Shown: positions 18,039 to 28,338 of the stretch, in pieces | Layout: each line of letters begins with the position of its first letter | How positions within the stretch are numbered: position 1 is the stretch's first letter | Assembly: GCA_035621215.1 (NCBI GenBank) | Contig: CP141729.1 | Coordinates: 206,944-270,943, forward strand | Direction: 5' to 3' | DNA length: 64,000 nt | Origin: Oscillospiraceae bacterium MB08-C2-2 | GTDB lineage: Bacteria > Bacillota > Clostridia > Oscillospirales > Ruminococcaceae | Made by a program: the position numbers and the translations under genes | The notes under the pieces: generated by a model | Told to the model about the DNA's origin: nothing | The model's database searches: none | The model's input: the letters and a program-made list of their open reading frames with translations, nothing else

Positions 18039-19383
18039 GATAAGGTACAATAAGTTTCGCAAATAAGAAAAGGACAAGGTTTAAGTCTCTGGTAAAATGG
18101 GAGTAACGACACCACCATTTTGAAAGGAGACAGAAAACCATGTCCGAGAAAATTGTACAACTAAACGAGGAAGTAATCAAGGTAGAAATCCGGGAACTGG
18201 TGCGCAATAGCGTGGAGGAAACACTCAATGGGTTGTTGGAGCAGGAAGCACAGCAACTGACCAATGCCGCGAAATATGAACGCAGTGAGGGTCGACAGGG
18301 CTACCGCAGCGGGCACTACAACCGGAATCTGACAACAACGTCAGGGGATGTGGAGCTGAAAATGCCGAAGCTGAAAGGAGTGTCCTTTGAGACAGCGATT
18401 ATTGAGCGGTACCGCCGCCGGGAAAGCAGCGTAGAAGAAGCATTGATTGAGATGTATCTGGCCGGGGTATCAGTACGGCGAGTAGAGGATATTACAGAGG
18501 CATTGTGGGGAAGCAAGGTGTCACCAGCCACGATCAGCGAACTGAACAAGAAAGCGTATGTCCACATTGAAGATTGGCGGGGTCGCCCCTTGCAAGGCGG
18601 GAAATACCCATATGTCTATGTGGACGGCATCTACCTTCGCCGCAACTGGGGCGGAGAATATGAGAATGTGGCTATCCTCGTAGCCATCGCAGTCAATGAG
18701 GACGGCTACCGGGAGGTGATTGGCGCCGCTGAAGGGATGAAAGAGGATAAAGCAAGTTGGGTGTCCTTCTTCCAATGGCTGAAAATCCGTGGACTTTCTG
18801 GTGTCAAGCTCATTGTGGGTGACAAATGTCTGGGTATGCTGGAGGCCGTCTATGAAGTGTTTCCCGACGTCAAATACCAGCGCTGCACCGTGCATTTCTA
18901 CCGTAATGTATTCTCTGTTACCCCTCGCTCCAAGGTGAAGCTGGTAGCGAAAATGCTTAAGGCTATCCATGCGCAGGAAAGCAAAAAAGCGGCACGGGAG
19001 AAGGCGAAAGCCGTTGTGCAAGAACTGCACGCCATGAAGCTGACCCAAGCGGCCAGAAAAGTGGAGGATAGCATTGATGAGACGCTTACCTATGCCGATT
19101 TCCCACCCGAACATTGGACACGAATTCGCACGAACAACGTCATCGAACGCCTTAACCGTGAAATCCGTCGCCGTACAAGGGTGGTCGGCGCATTTCCTGA
19201 TGGAAACTCCGCTCTGATGCTCGTCTGCGCACGTTTGCGCCATGTCGCCGGTACTCAGTGGGGTAACAAGAAATACATGAACATGAAGCATCTTGCTGCT
19301 GCAGCAGACGATGCTTTGATCGCTGGTTAATCCCACATTATCAGAGGCTCAAAACCAATTTGCGAAAAACTATTGACACTACC
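18039..19383 (+). mobile_element. IS256-family insertion sequence, about 1345 bp and intact, flanked by 8-bp target-site duplications CACGGTTG (18031-18038 and 19384-19391)
   Basis: The imperfect terminal inverted repeats are gataaggtacaataagtttcgcaaat and atttgcgaaaaactattgacactacc (rc-related). A single transposase ORF is present and direct repeats flank the element. Confidence 0.8.
18140..19330 (+). CDS. IS256-family (mutator-type) transposase
   Basis: The 396-aa product shows the typical IS256 Tnp layout: ...YVYVDGIYLRRNWGGEYENVAILVAIAVNEDGYREVIG...LIVGDKCLGMLEAVYEVFPDVKYQRCTVHFYRN.... Confidence 0.85.
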   Translation: MSEKIVQLNEEVIKVEIRELVRNSVEETLNGLLEQEAQQLTNAAKYERSEGRQGYRSGHYNRNLTTTSGDVELKMPKLKGVSFETAIIERYRRRESSVEEALIEMYLAGVSVRRVEDITEALWGSKVSPATISELNKKAYVHIEDWRGRPLQGGKYPYVYVDGIYLRRNWGGEYENVAILVAIAVNEDGYREVIGAAEGMKEDKASWVSFFQWLKIRGLSGVKLIVGDKCLGMLEAVYEVFPDVKYQRCTVHFYRNVFSVTPRSKVKLVAKMLKAIHAQESKKAAREKAKAVVQELHAMKLTQAARKVEDSIDETLTYADFPPEHWTRIRTNNVIERLNREIRRRTRVVGAFPDGNSALMLVCARLRHVAGTQWGNKKYMNMKHLAAAADDALIAG

Positions 19384-19444
19384 CACGGTTGTGGTTGATG
19401 GTGAATGCGGAATAGATCTATTCATAATAAACAGCTCGAGAAAA

Positions 19445-19487
19445 GAGAAAAGCTTTTAACTAATCATCTTAGTTAAAAGCTTTTCTC
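19445..19487. terminator. Perfect AT-rich 19-bp-stem hairpin directly 3' of the tRNA; bidirectional terminator-like
   Basis: gagaaaagcttttaactaa-tcat-cttagttaaaagcttttctc. Confidence 0.5.
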
Positions 19488-19488
19488 A

Positions 19489-19565
<77 letters not shown>

Positions 19566-19984
19566 ATGTATGGAGTTTTTAGCGCCTATTTAGAATATCA
19601 TAATTATGGGAACATGTCAACTCCTAATTTTCATTTTGTTTGTTTCGGGCACTGTACATTTCCCAAATTACTTTTAGTTAAAGGAAATATAATGAAGAAA
19701 TTTTTTATAAATGCTATGGCTGAATGGGGTATGTGTATCTGTTGCAGTGGCTTTTTGGGCAGATTTATGTTATAATAGTTTTAAACCTCAACCAAGCCCG
19801 GGTTTTTGCGTGAACATGAAAACCGCAAAATCTGGCATTGCGTTGAATAAGGCTTGGGCAGGAGCGGCCTGTCTGTATGTTCAAACAGCAATTTTTGCTG
19901 TGCATTAAATGTATAAGGTTTTATAGGGGTCTTGATCGGTTCGGTAGGTGTGGGAATAATTAAAATGTTTCAGCGGAGGTACCC

Positions 19985-22348
19985 ATGGTAAAAGTGGAAG
20001 ATCAATTCTGCAGCCTAAGGCGGAAGGTGCTGGAAAAATACTATAGCAAAATGAATGATATGCAGCGCAGAGCCGTTTTTCAGGTACAGGGGCCCTTGCT
20101 GATCTTAGCAGGCGCCGGAAGCGGAAAGACGACGGTGCTGATTAACCGCATCGAATATATGGTGCGGTTTGGGGATGCCTATCACTCGCAGGAAAAAAGA
20201 GCCTCCTCGTTGGAGGCTCTTGGGGCGCTGGAAGCGTATCTGAATCAGGATGATGGGGATATTACCCCCCTGGTGCCTGCGCTTGCTTGCGAGCCTATTA
20301 AGCCATGGAATATTTTGGCCATTACCTTTACCAACAAAGCGGCGGGTGAGCTGAGAAGCCGTCTGGAGGAGAAATTGGGGAATGCCGCGTCTGATATTCA
20401 GGCTTCCACCTTTCATTCTCTCTGTGTGCGCATTCTGCGCCGGGAGATTGGTACTCTGGGTTACAACAGCAGCTTCACCATCTATGACAGCGATGATTCC
20501 ATGCGTGTTATTAAGGAAGGCCTCAAAGTCATTAAGGTGGATGAAAAGGTATTGGCCCCCCGGGCTGTGCTTTCTGAAATCAGCCGTGCAAAGGATCGGA
20601 TGGAAAGCCCTGCCGATATGCTGAGCCGGGCGGGGGATGATTACCGCCTCCAGTGCATTGCACGGGTATACGATTATTACCAAATTCAGCTTAAAACCGC
20701 AAACGCTTTGGATTTTGACGATATCATTCTGTTTGTGGTGCGCATTTTTCAGCAGTTCCCCGATGTTTTGGCTCATTATCAAAACCGCTATAAATACATT
20801 ATGGTGGATGAATATCAGGATACCAACCATACCCAGTATTTGCTGATCAGCCTGCTGGCCTCCGGCCACAGCAATCTTTGCGTGGTGGGGGATGATGATC
20901 AGAGCATCTATAAGTTCAGGGGAGCTACCATTGAAAATATCCTCAGCTTCGAAACGCAGTTTGAGGCTGCGGAAGTAATTCGGCTGGAGCAGAATTACCG
21001 ATCCACCCAGAATATCCTCAATGCGGCCAACGAGGTGATCGCCCACAATCTGACCAGAAAAGGCAAAAACCTTTGGACAGATGCAGGGCAGGGGGATAAA
21101 ATTCAGCTTCATCGTGCGCACAATGAAATAGAAGAATCCAAAATGGTGGCCAAAATTATTCTGGACCATGTCAATGCTGGGGATAAATACAGCGACCATG
21201 CTATTTTGTACCGGATGAATGCTCAATCCAACTCTCTGGAAAAGGCACTGGCAAAAAATGCAATTCCCTACCGTATTATCGGCGGCCTGCGTTTTTATGA
21301 GCGCAAAGAAATCAAAGATATGGTGGCCTATCTCAGCATCATGAATAATCCTTCGGATAGTCTGCGCTTTCTGCGGGTCATCAACGAGCCTAAGCGGGGC
21401 ATCGGCAACGCCACCCTCTCGGCTGCGCAGGAAATTGCGGATACCTTGGGAATGACTCTTTTTGAGGTGATGAAAGAGGCTGAAAAGTACGTTCCTCTGG
21501 CTAAAAAAAGTGCTTTGCTCCAAGGCTTTACCACCATGGTGGAAGAGCTGGCCCAAATGGCGGAGCAGGAGCCTTTGGCTGATGTGCTGGATGCGCTGCT
21601 GGATCGAAGCGGCTATGCCATGGCTCTGCGAACACAGGGCTTTGAGGGGCAGACCCGCCTCGAAAACATCATGGAGCTCAAGAGCAACCTCCTTAAATAT
21701 ACCGAAGAAAGCGAAGAGCCCACCTTGGCAGGCTTTTTGGAGGAAATTGCCCTTTATACCGATCTGGATAACTACGACCCGGATTCCGATGCTGTGGTGC
21801 TCATGACTGTTCACTCAGCCAAGGGTCTGGAATTCCCTTATGTTTTTATCGCGGGCATGGATGAGGGAATTTTCCCCGGCCGCCAGTCCAGCTATTATCC
21901 TGAGGAGCTGGAAGAAGAGCGGCGCCTTGCCTATGTTGCCATTACCCGGGCTAAGAAGCAGCTTTTTGTTACCTGCACCGAACGCCGCATGATTTTTGGG
22001 CAGACTAGCTTTAACCGGCCTTCCCGTTTTGTAGCCGAGATCCCGGCGGAGCTTGTTGAATGCCATGAACCTCCTGCCATTGCTAAAAAGCCAGTGTTGG
22101 ATCGGGCCGCGGCCAAGCGGGCTCATATCTCCCTTTCTTCCACAACCATCGGCGTGGGGGATACAAGCCACGAGCGCACCGGTTCGGTGAGCTTTGCTGT
22201 GGGAGATTTGGTTCGGCATCGTGTTTTCGGCGAAGGAAAGGTTCTTAGTGCCCGTCCCATGGGCGGGGATAGTCTGGTGGAAATTCGTTTTGATAAGGTT
22301 GGAGTCAAAAAAGTGATGGCTAATTTCGCAGGACTAACAAAAAATTAA
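19985..22348 (+). CDS. pcrA: ATP-dependent DNA helicase PcrA/UvrD
   Basis: ...LNDMQRRAV...LILAGAGSGKTTVL... is a Walker A motif. The UvrD motifs ...MVDEYQDTN... are present and there is a C-terminal Tudor-like tail. GGAGG lies 5 nt upstream. Confidence 0.9.
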   Translation: MVKVEDQFCSLRRKVLEKYYSKMNDMQRRAVFQVQGPLLILAGAGSGKTTVLINRIEYMVRFGDAYHSQEKRASSLEALGALEAYLNQDDGDITPLVPALACEPIKPWNILAITFTNKAAGELRSRLEEKLGNAASDIQASTFHSLCVRILRREIGTLGYNSSFTIYDSDDSMRVIKEGLKVIKVDEKVLAPRAVLSEISRAKDRMESPADMLSRAGDDYRLQCIARVYDYYQIQLKTANALDFDDIILFVVRIFQQFPDVLAHYQNRYKYIMVDEYQDTNHTQYLLISLLASGHSNLCVVGDDDQSIYKFRGATIENILSFETQFEAAEVIRLEQNYRSTQNILNAANEVIAHNLTRKGKNLWTDAGQGDKIQLHRAHNEIEESKMVAKIILDHVNAGDKYSDHAILYRMNAQSNSLEKALAKNAIPYRIIGGLRFYERKEIKDMVAYLSIMNNPSDSLRFLRVINEPKRGIGNATLSAAQEIADTLGMTLFEVMKEAEKYVPLAKKSALLQGFTTMVEELAQMAEQEPLADVLDALLDRSGYAMALRTQGFEGQTRLENIMELKSNLLKYTEESEEPTLAGFLEEIALYTDLDNYDPDSDAVVLMTVHSAKGLEFPYVFIAGMDEGIFPGRQSSYYPEELEEERRLAYVAITRAKKQLFVTCTERRMIFGQTSFNRPSRFVAEIPAELVECHEPPAIAKKPVLDRAAAKRAHISLSSTTIGVGDTSHERTGSVSFAVGDLVRHRVFGEGKVLSARPMGGDSLVEIRFDKVGVKKVMANFAGLTKN

Positions 22349-22424
22349 GTTTTTAGCACCAAACGGCGAATCCTTCATAAACTGTTATTGAGCATAACTT
22401 CAGTAACATACTAGGAGGATTCAT

Positions 22425-23237
22425 ATGGAAGAACTTATGAGTACGCCAATAGGCGAATCAAGTCAATCCAACACCTTTAAAGAAGCTGTTTGTGTGGAAG
22501 TGAACAAGATTTTCGATTCCTGCAGCGATAAGGATTGCTTGGAAGATTTGCAAATGTATTTCACCGCTGAAGATCAGGCGGTTATCGACCGTAGCAACCT
22601 GATCAAATGCCGTTCCGCTGAGGTGATGGATGTCTACATCAACGTGGAATCAATTCCCTTTAACCGTGGTTTTTACGCTGTGGATCTGACCTTCTTTTTC
22701 CGGGTCAATTTCAGCGCCCAAACCTCCCCGATTTCCAACTCGGTCAATGTGCGCGGCCTTGCCGTTTACACCAAGAGAGTGATTCTCTTTGGCAGTGAGG
22801 GCGGCGTAAAGAGCTTCTGCTCCGGCGCACAGCGCATCCCCTATTCCGAGGGCTTCGGCTCCAATATGCCCATTGCCTGTGTCAAAACTGTAGCCCCCAT
22901 TACATTGGGAAGCCGTGTCTGCGAATATGCTCCCGCTTACTGCGATGGGCTCGGTTCCATCCCTGCCGACATAGCCGCAGCCTTTGACGGCCCGATTATC
23001 ACCCAACCGGGCGAGGATCACAAGGTTGTTTTGGTTACCTTAGGTGTTTTCACCATTGTTACATTGGAGCGCAGCGTTCAGCTTCTCATCCCTGCTTATG
23101 ATTACAGCGTTCCCGAAAAGGACTGCACACCATCTATCTCTACTGATGATCCCTGCGAGATTTTCCGCAAGGTCAAATTCCCGGTGGAAGAGTTTTTCCC
23201 TGAGAGCCTCAACGGATCCTGCGACTGCCGCAGCTAA
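22425..23237 (+). CDS. Conserved hypothetical cytoplasmic protein, Cys-containing (start ...AVCVEVNKIFDSCSDKDC...)
   Basis: The 270-aa ORF has an AGGAGG RBS. I cannot assign a family with confidence. Confidence 0.5.
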   Translation: MEELMSTPIGESSQSNTFKEAVCVEVNKIFDSCSDKDCLEDLQMYFTAEDQAVIDRSNLIKCRSAEVMDVYINVESIPFNRGFYAVDLTFFFRVNFSAQTSPISNSVNVRGLAVYTKRVILFGSEGGVKSFCSGAQRIPYSEGFGSNMPIACVKTVAPITLGSRVCEYAPAYCDGLGSIPADIAAAFDGPIITQPGEDHKVVLVTLGVFTIVTLERSVQLLIPAYDYSVPEKDCTPSISTDDPCEIFRKVKFPVEEFFPESLNGSCDCRS

Positions 23238-23475
23238 TCCGGTATCATGAACATAACCAGAGCCTGACTCTGACCTGCGGCCTTTGCACAGGGCAGGCAG
23301 GTTTTCCACCTCACCTCACTAATTTATCATAACCAAATATGCTCACCCACCGGCATTTGAGGCGCACGAAAGTGCGCCTTGTGCCGAACCCGAAAGGGGA
23401 CAGGCTGCTCGGCGATGCAGCAGCTGCCGATCGTCAGCAACCAATGAATCCCATATAGAAAAGGATAGGATTGGA

Positions 23476-24258
23476 ATGCCAAAGGTTACCTTAATCAGCC
23501 ATACCGAAAATCCGGAAAAGATTGTTGCAGCTGCGGCCAAGCTTTGCTACAGTGCCAGCTCGGTGGATACTCTGCTGGAGAATCTGACCCCGGAAAAAAC
23601 CCAAAGCTTTGTGGAAATGCTGGCTCAGCTGGGCCATGAAAGCCCCATGGAGCATGTGAGCTTTACTTTTGCCATCGAAGGGGTTTCACGGTCACTGCTG
23701 GCGCAGATCACCCGGCACCGGATCGCTTCTTACAGCGTTCAGAGCCAGCGGTATGTGCGGGAAACGGATATGGAATATATTACGCCGCCGGAAATTGCGG
23801 CTGTTCCGGCTGCACAGGAGCTGTTTGAGCAGGCGATGGAGGCGGCACAGGCCAGCTACAAGGCCATTGCCGAAAAGCTCAAGGCAGCCCATACAGCCCG
23901 TTTGATCGCAGAAGGGGAGGATGAAAAATCCGCCGCACGCAAAGCGGAAAAGCTGGCCATTGAGGATGCCCGCTTTGTGCTTCCCAATGCCTGCGAAACC
24001 AAAATGGTGGTCACCATGAACGCCCGGGGTCTGCTGAATTTTTTCCGTCACCGCTGCTGCAACCGGGCCCAGTGGGAGATCCGGGAGGTGGCCAACCAGA
24101 TGCTGGAGCTGGTTTACGAGCGGGCACCCACTCTTTTTGGCAATGCCGGCCCGCCTTGTGCCGGCGGCCCCTGCGCTGAGGGGAAAATGACCTGCGGCAA
24201 AATTATCCAGGTGCGCCAGCAGTATAAAGAGATGAAGGAGCGGATTCGCGGTGAATGA
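23476..24258 (+). CDS. thyX: FAD-dependent thymidylate synthase ThyX
   Basis: The ThyX signature ...[16 protein letters not shown]... (RHRxxxxxxxSxRY) is present. Confidence 0.9.
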   Translation: MPKVTLISHTENPEKIVAAAAKLCYSASSVDTLLENLTPEKTQSFVEMLAQLGHESPMEHVSFTFAIEGVSRSLLAQITRHRIASYSVQSQRYVRETDMEYITPPEIAAVPAAQELFEQAMEAAQASYKAIAEKLKAAHTARLIAEGEDEKSAARKAEKLAIEDARFVLPNACETKMVVTMNARGLLNFFRHRCCNRAQWEIREVANQMLELVYERAPTLFGNAGPPCAGGPCAEGKMTCGKIIQVRQQYKEMKERIRGE

Positions 24259-24934
24259 ACGGCTCGGCCGATTGCTTGTGATAGAGGGGCTGGATGGGAG
24301 TGGCAAAGCCACCCAAACGCAGCTGCTGCAGGAAAGCCTGACCGCAAGAGGCTTTGCCTGCCGCAAGATTTCTTTCCCCGATTATCAGCACAAATCCTCC
24401 ACGTTGGTGCAGATGTATCTGGCCGGGGAGATCGGCAGTCTGGAGCAGGTCAATGTTTATGCCGCTTCCAGCTTTTATGCCGCCGACCGCTACATCAGCT
24501 ATGCCACCGATTGGCAAAAGGATTATCTGGCAGGCCGAACTGTTTTGGCTGACCGGTATGTTACCTCCAACGCCGCTCATCAGATGTCCCGCCTGCCTCG
24601 TGAGCAGTGGGAGGAATATCTGAGCTGGATGGAGGAATATGAATATAAAAGGCTGGGCCTGCCCCGGCCTGATTTGGTTTTGTATTTGGATATGTGCCCG
24701 GCTGTTTCCCGCCTGCTTTTAGAAAAGCGCTATGGTGGCGATGAGAGCCGCCGGGATATCCACGAGCGCAATGCGGCTTATCTGGAAAAAAGCCGGGGTG
24801 CCGCACTGTTTGCCGCTCAGCAGCTGGGATGGCAGGTCATTCCCTGCGACGATGGAGCACAGCCTTTTTCTCCCGGCATGATTCAGGAAAGGATACTGGC
24901 CTTTCTGGAGAATAAAGTGCTCGACAGACAGTAA
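24251..24934 (+). CDS. tmk: Thymidylate kinase-like (dTMP kinase)
   Basis: The P-loop [15 protein letters not shown] is present, together with DRY...S.AHQ and the lid region ...PDLVLYLD.... The gene overlaps the thyX stop by 8 nt, giving a thyX-tmk operon. Confidence 0.7.
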   Translation: MNERLGRLLVIEGLDGSGKATQTQLLQESLTARGFACRKISFPDYQHKSSTLVQMYLAGEIGSLEQVNVYAASSFYAADRYISYATDWQKDYLAGRTVLADRYVTSNAAHQMSRLPREQWEEYLSWMEEYEYKRLGLPRPDLVLYLDMCPAVSRLLLEKRYGGDESRRDIHERNAAYLEKSRGAALFAAQQLGWQVIPCDDGAQPFSPGMIQERILAFLENKVLDRQ

Positions 24935-25195
24935 TGACTGCCTCAGACTGTAGACATAACCACCTTTAGCTTAAAGACCTCATGGTTTTGGTGCGTAATT
25001 CTTCCGCAGTCGAATTGATTTCGACGCAGGAATCCCGATTTTTGCTCCGGAGCGGCGCAATCCGGGGGAGAATATGGGGGGTATTGGATGTTCCCCATAA
25101 AGGGTGTAGACTTTTGTTTACACCCTCAGACAGTAATGACTGCCTTGGCCGTTTTCTTTTGGCAGGGCAGAAAATGAAAGGATTTTTCCACCGTT

Positions 25196-26107
25196 ATGAT
25201 CGATTTCAAAGAAATTTCACTGGCTGATAAAGACTGGATGCAGGAACTTTTTGGCAAAGCCAATTATAATTCCGAGGAATATAACTTTACTTTTTCTTTT
25301 ATTTGGCGGGGAATCTTTAATAGCCGGGTCGCCCGCATGAACGATTATCTTCTGTATAAATCCATCCGGCACGATACGGCTTCTTATCTTTACCCACCGG
25401 GCTGCGGCGATGTCAAGCCAGTTATTGATGCTCTGATGGAGGACGCCCGACAAAATGGGCATACCTTTAAATTCCATACGGTGCTGGCCGAGCAGGTCAA
25501 GGTGCTGGAGACTCTTTATCCCGGAAAATTTGAGTTTTTCTCCTTGGATAATTACTTTGACTATGTATACGACGCCCAGAGCCTGATTACACTGGCAGGC
25601 AAAAAGCTCCATGGCAAGCGCAACCACATCAACCGTTTTATCGCGGATAACCCGGATTGGAGCTACGAGCCGATCACGCCGGATAATCTCCCTGATTGTG
25701 TCGCTATGAGCCGGGAATGGTGCATGCGCCACGGATGCAGTGAAGAGCCCCACCTGCGGGATGAGACCCGTGCGGTTCATCAGGCGCTGGATCATTATTT
25801 CTCTCTGGATATGCAGGGCGGGCTGATTCGTGCCGGCGGCCGGGTTGTGGCCTTTTCCATGGGCGAGCGGCTCAATTCCGATACCTATCTGGTGCACATT
25901 GAGAAAGCGTTCAGCGATGTGCAGGGAGCATATGCTATCATAAATCAGAAATTTGCTGAAACCAACTGCCAGGATTACCTTTATATCAACCGGGAGGATG
26001 ATTCGGGGCAGGAGGGCCTGCGCAAGGCAAAGCTTAGTTACCGTCCGGTGATGATGGTGGAGAAATACGCCGCCATCCTCAAGGAAGATTATCCGGAAAA
26101 CCCATAA
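25196..26107 (+). CDS. Stand-alone DUF2156 protein, resembling the MprF C-terminal aminoacyl-tRNA-dependent transferase domain
   Basis: ...GKRNHINRF... and ...YEP... are hallmarks of the family. The product is a soluble 303-aa protein. Confidence 0.55.
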   Translation: MIDFKEISLADKDWMQELFGKANYNSEEYNFTFSFIWRGIFNSRVARMNDYLLYKSIRHDTASYLYPPGCGDVKPVIDALMEDARQNGHTFKFHTVLAEQVKVLETLYPGKFEFFSLDNYFDYVYDAQSLITLAGKKLHGKRNHINRFIADNPDWSYEPITPDNLPDCVAMSREWCMRHGCSEEPHLRDETRAVHQALDHYFSLDMQGGLIRAGGRVVAFSMGERLNSDTYLVHIEKAFSDVQGAYAIINQKFAETNCQDYLYINREDDSGQEGLRKAKLSYRPVMMVEKYAAILKEDYPENP

Positions 26108-26158
26108 GATTTGATCTGCAAAAACGTTTAGCATGCTTGCCGCAAGGGGGAATGACCA

Positions 26159-27022
26159 ATGATCACGCTGGCTGATTCCAGCATGGAGCCCGCTCTGAAA
26201 AGCATCTGGGTCGCCTGCTTCGGCGATAGCCCGGATTATGTGGATTTCTATTTTCAGCGGATGTTCCGCCCGGAGGAAGTGCTGGTGGCCTTAGAAGAAG
26301 GCGAACCAGCCGCCATGCTGACCATGCGTTCGGTTCCGGTGCGTGCGGAGGGCAAAAGCTATAAAGCTGCTTATATTTTTGCGGTGGCCACACACCCTGA
26401 CCATCAGGGAAAGGGATTGAGCACCACTCTCATGGAGGCAGCTCACAGCCATCTTATCCAAAAGGGTTTTGCCCTTTCCATGCTGGCCCCTGCGACAGAC
26501 AGCCTGTTCGATTTTTATGGTAAGCGGGGGTATTCCACCGCTTTTGAAACAACCGTTCTTACTTTGCGCCCCGGCAGCTGGCAGGAACAGCCCGGGGCCG
26601 CTTTGGTTCCTCTTTCGGTGGGGCGCATGTTGGAGCTGCGCCGCCGCCATTTTGCTTCCAGCCGCTTTTTTGTGGATTGGGGGGCGGAATACCTTGCCTA
26701 CATTCTTGAAGAATGCCGGATGCTGGGTGGGGAGGCCTTGGAAATCGGCGGTGAGGGTTTTGCGGTCTGCTACCCTGTGGGGGAGCGGGTGGAAATCAAG
26801 GAGCTGGTTTTACCGTGGAGGACGCTGGATCAGGCTATGACAGCTTTGCATAGGCAATACGGTGCAAGGGAATATTCCCTCCGCCTTTGGCCGGGAGAGC
26901 CAATACCGGGCGAAAATAGACTCTTGCCATATGCTATGGTCAGGTGGTATGATGAAACTGCGAAAAGCGTGGCCCAAGGGGCTTGGGGAAAGGCCCCTTA
27001 TATCGCCCATATTATGGACTAA
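26159..27022 (+). CDS. GNAT-family N-acetyltransferase (Eis-like two-domain architecture)
   Basis: The acetyl-CoA binding block ...ATHPDHQGKGLSTTLM... is present. Confidence 0.55.
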   Translation: MITLADSSMEPALKSIWVACFGDSPDYVDFYFQRMFRPEEVLVALEEGEPAAMLTMRSVPVRAEGKSYKAAYIFAVATHPDHQGKGLSTTLMEAAHSHLIQKGFALSMLAPATDSLFDFYGKRGYSTAFETTVLTLRPGSWQEQPGAALVPLSVGRMLELRRRHFASSRFFVDWGAEYLAYILEECRMLGGEALEIGGEGFAVCYPVGERVEIKELVLPWRTLDQAMTALHRQYGAREYSLRLWPGEPIPGENRLLPYAMVRWYDETAKSVAQGAWGKAPYIAHIMD

Positions 27023-27050
27023 GCAGGATTAATAAAAGAGGAGGCCCCTC

Positions 27051-27593
27051 ATGATTACTATCTTTTTCGCACATGGATTTGAAGAAATAGAGGGACTGGC
27101 TGTGCTGGATATTCTGCGCCGGGCCGAACTGGATGTGCGTTCGGTTGGGGTAGGTGGCCGGGAAATCACCGGCAGCCACGGCATTACAGTTACCTGTGAC
27201 ATGACCGCCTTGGATGCCGATACCAAGGATTTGGAAATGGTGGTTTTGCCGGGGGGCATGCCGGGAACCCTGAATTTGGAAAAATCTCAGATTGTCACCA
27301 CCTTTATTCAGTATGCCGTAGAGCAAAACCTTTGGTTGGCCGCTATTTGTGCCGCACCCTCCATTCTGGGGCATATGGGCCTGCTGGCGGGCAAGCGGGT
27401 TACTTGTTTCCCCGGCTTTGAAACCCAGTTGGGTGAGGATGCCATTTTTACCGGCTCCTTTGTGGAGCGTGATAGCAAACTTGTAACCGCTCGGGGCGCC
27501 GGTGTGGCGGTGGATTTCGGCCTTGAGCTGGTGGAGTGTCTCCTTGGCTCTGAACGGGCTGGGGCATTGAGGGCATCTCTCCAATGCCGATAA
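27051..27593 (+). CDS. DJ-1/PfpI (ThiJ) family protein
   Basis: ...LAAICAAPSILG... carries the nucleophile-elbow Cys. The length is 180 aa. Confidence 0.8.
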   Translation: MITIFFAHGFEEIEGLAVLDILRRAELDVRSVGVGGREITGSHGITVTCDMTALDADTKDLEMVVLPGGMPGTLNLEKSQIVTTFIQYAVEQNLWLAAICAAPSILGHMGLLAGKRVTCFPGFETQLGEDAIFTGSFVERDSKLVTARGAGVAVDFGLELVECLLGSERAGALRASLQCR

Positions 27594-28156
27594 GCGGGGA
27601 AAAAGCTGTTCTTCGCCGCCGATTCCGTACACTGCGGGATGGTCTGGAGCCTAAACACAAAGCGGAATTGGATGCGGCCCTGCTGAAACATTTGCTGGCC
27701 TTGCCCGAGTTTCTTGAGGCACAAAGCCTGCTTTGCACCCTTTCCACAGGCTCCGAAATTGGTACACTCCCTTTGCTGACCGCCGCACTGGAGCAGGGCA
27801 AGCAGATTGCGGCTCCTTATTGCGTACCCGGCACCCGCCGCATGGAATTCTATTTTATCGATTCCTTGGAGCAGGGACTGGAACCCGGACCTTTTGGCAT
27901 TCTCCAGCCCAATCCTGCTGTTAGCCGCCCAGTAGAAAGGTTTGAAAAAAGCCTGTGCATTGTGCCGGGGCTGGCCTTCGACTGTCAGGGCTTTCGTTTG
28001 GGCTATGGGGGTGGGTATTACGATCGTTTTCTGGCGGGGTATACCGGTGTTTCGGCGGGCCTTGTTTATTCCTGCTTGCTGGTAGAGAAGCTGCCCCGGG
28101 ATGCTTATGATCTGCCCTGTAATCGCCTGCTTACCGAGGCTGGGCCTGTCCGCTGA
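27584..28156 (+). CDS. 5-formyltetrahydrofolate cyclo-ligase
   Basis: ...RLGYGGGYYDRFL... is the 5-FCL signature. The gene overlaps the preceding gene by 10 nt. Confidence 0.8.
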   Translation: MPISGEKAVLRRRFRTLRDGLEPKHKAELDAALLKHLLALPEFLEAQSLLCTLSTGSEIGTLPLLTAALEQGKQIAAPYCVPGTRRMEFYFIDSLEQGLEPGPFGILQPNPAVSRPVERFEKSLCIVPGLAFDCQGFRLGYGGGYYDRFLAGYTGVSAGLVYSCLLVEKLPRDAYDLPCNRLLTEAGPVR

Positions 28157-28169
28157 AGGGTAAAGAGCA

Positions 28170-28190
28170 AGCCCCTGGGACAGGGGCTTA
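28170..28190. terminator. Hairpin aagcccctg-ggac-aggggctt between the convergent 5-FCL gene and the small Cys-rich ORF; bidirectional terminator-like
   Basis: Read directly from the sequence. Confidence 0.45.
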
Positions 28191-28227
28191 TATCGGGCTC
28201 TTATACGGTGATGTATTAAAAGAAAGA

Positions 28228-28338
28228 CTAGCAGCCACAGCAGCAGATGATGACAAGAATGATAAGGATAATGCAGCAGCAATTTCCACCACCAAAACCG
28301 GTATTGCAACAGCTATTACAACCGCAATTACCGAACAT
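28228..28338 (-). CDS. Candidate 36-aa cysteine-rich hydrophobic peptide MFGNCGCNSCCNTGFGGGNCCCIILIILVIICCCGC (13 Cys)
   Basis: The ATG is preceded by AAAAAGGAGTG about 10 nt upstream. A sigma-A-like promoter (TTCACT-18-TAATAT) lies upstream and a hairpin downstream. The ORF is below the track's 60-aa cut-off. Confidence 0.3.
   Translation of the reverse strand: MFGNCGCNSCCNTGFGGGNCCCIILIILVIICCCGC

Noticed and set aside
20105-21814. 569-aa minus-strand ORF
   Set aside because: It is antisense to pcrA, which has unambiguous helicase motifs.
23290-23475. Possible riboswitch in the thyX leader (folate/ZTP/THF-type)
   Set aside because: It has hairpins, but I could not match ZTP, THF or other consensus elements by eye, so I leave it as an ordinary UTR unless cmscan says otherwise.
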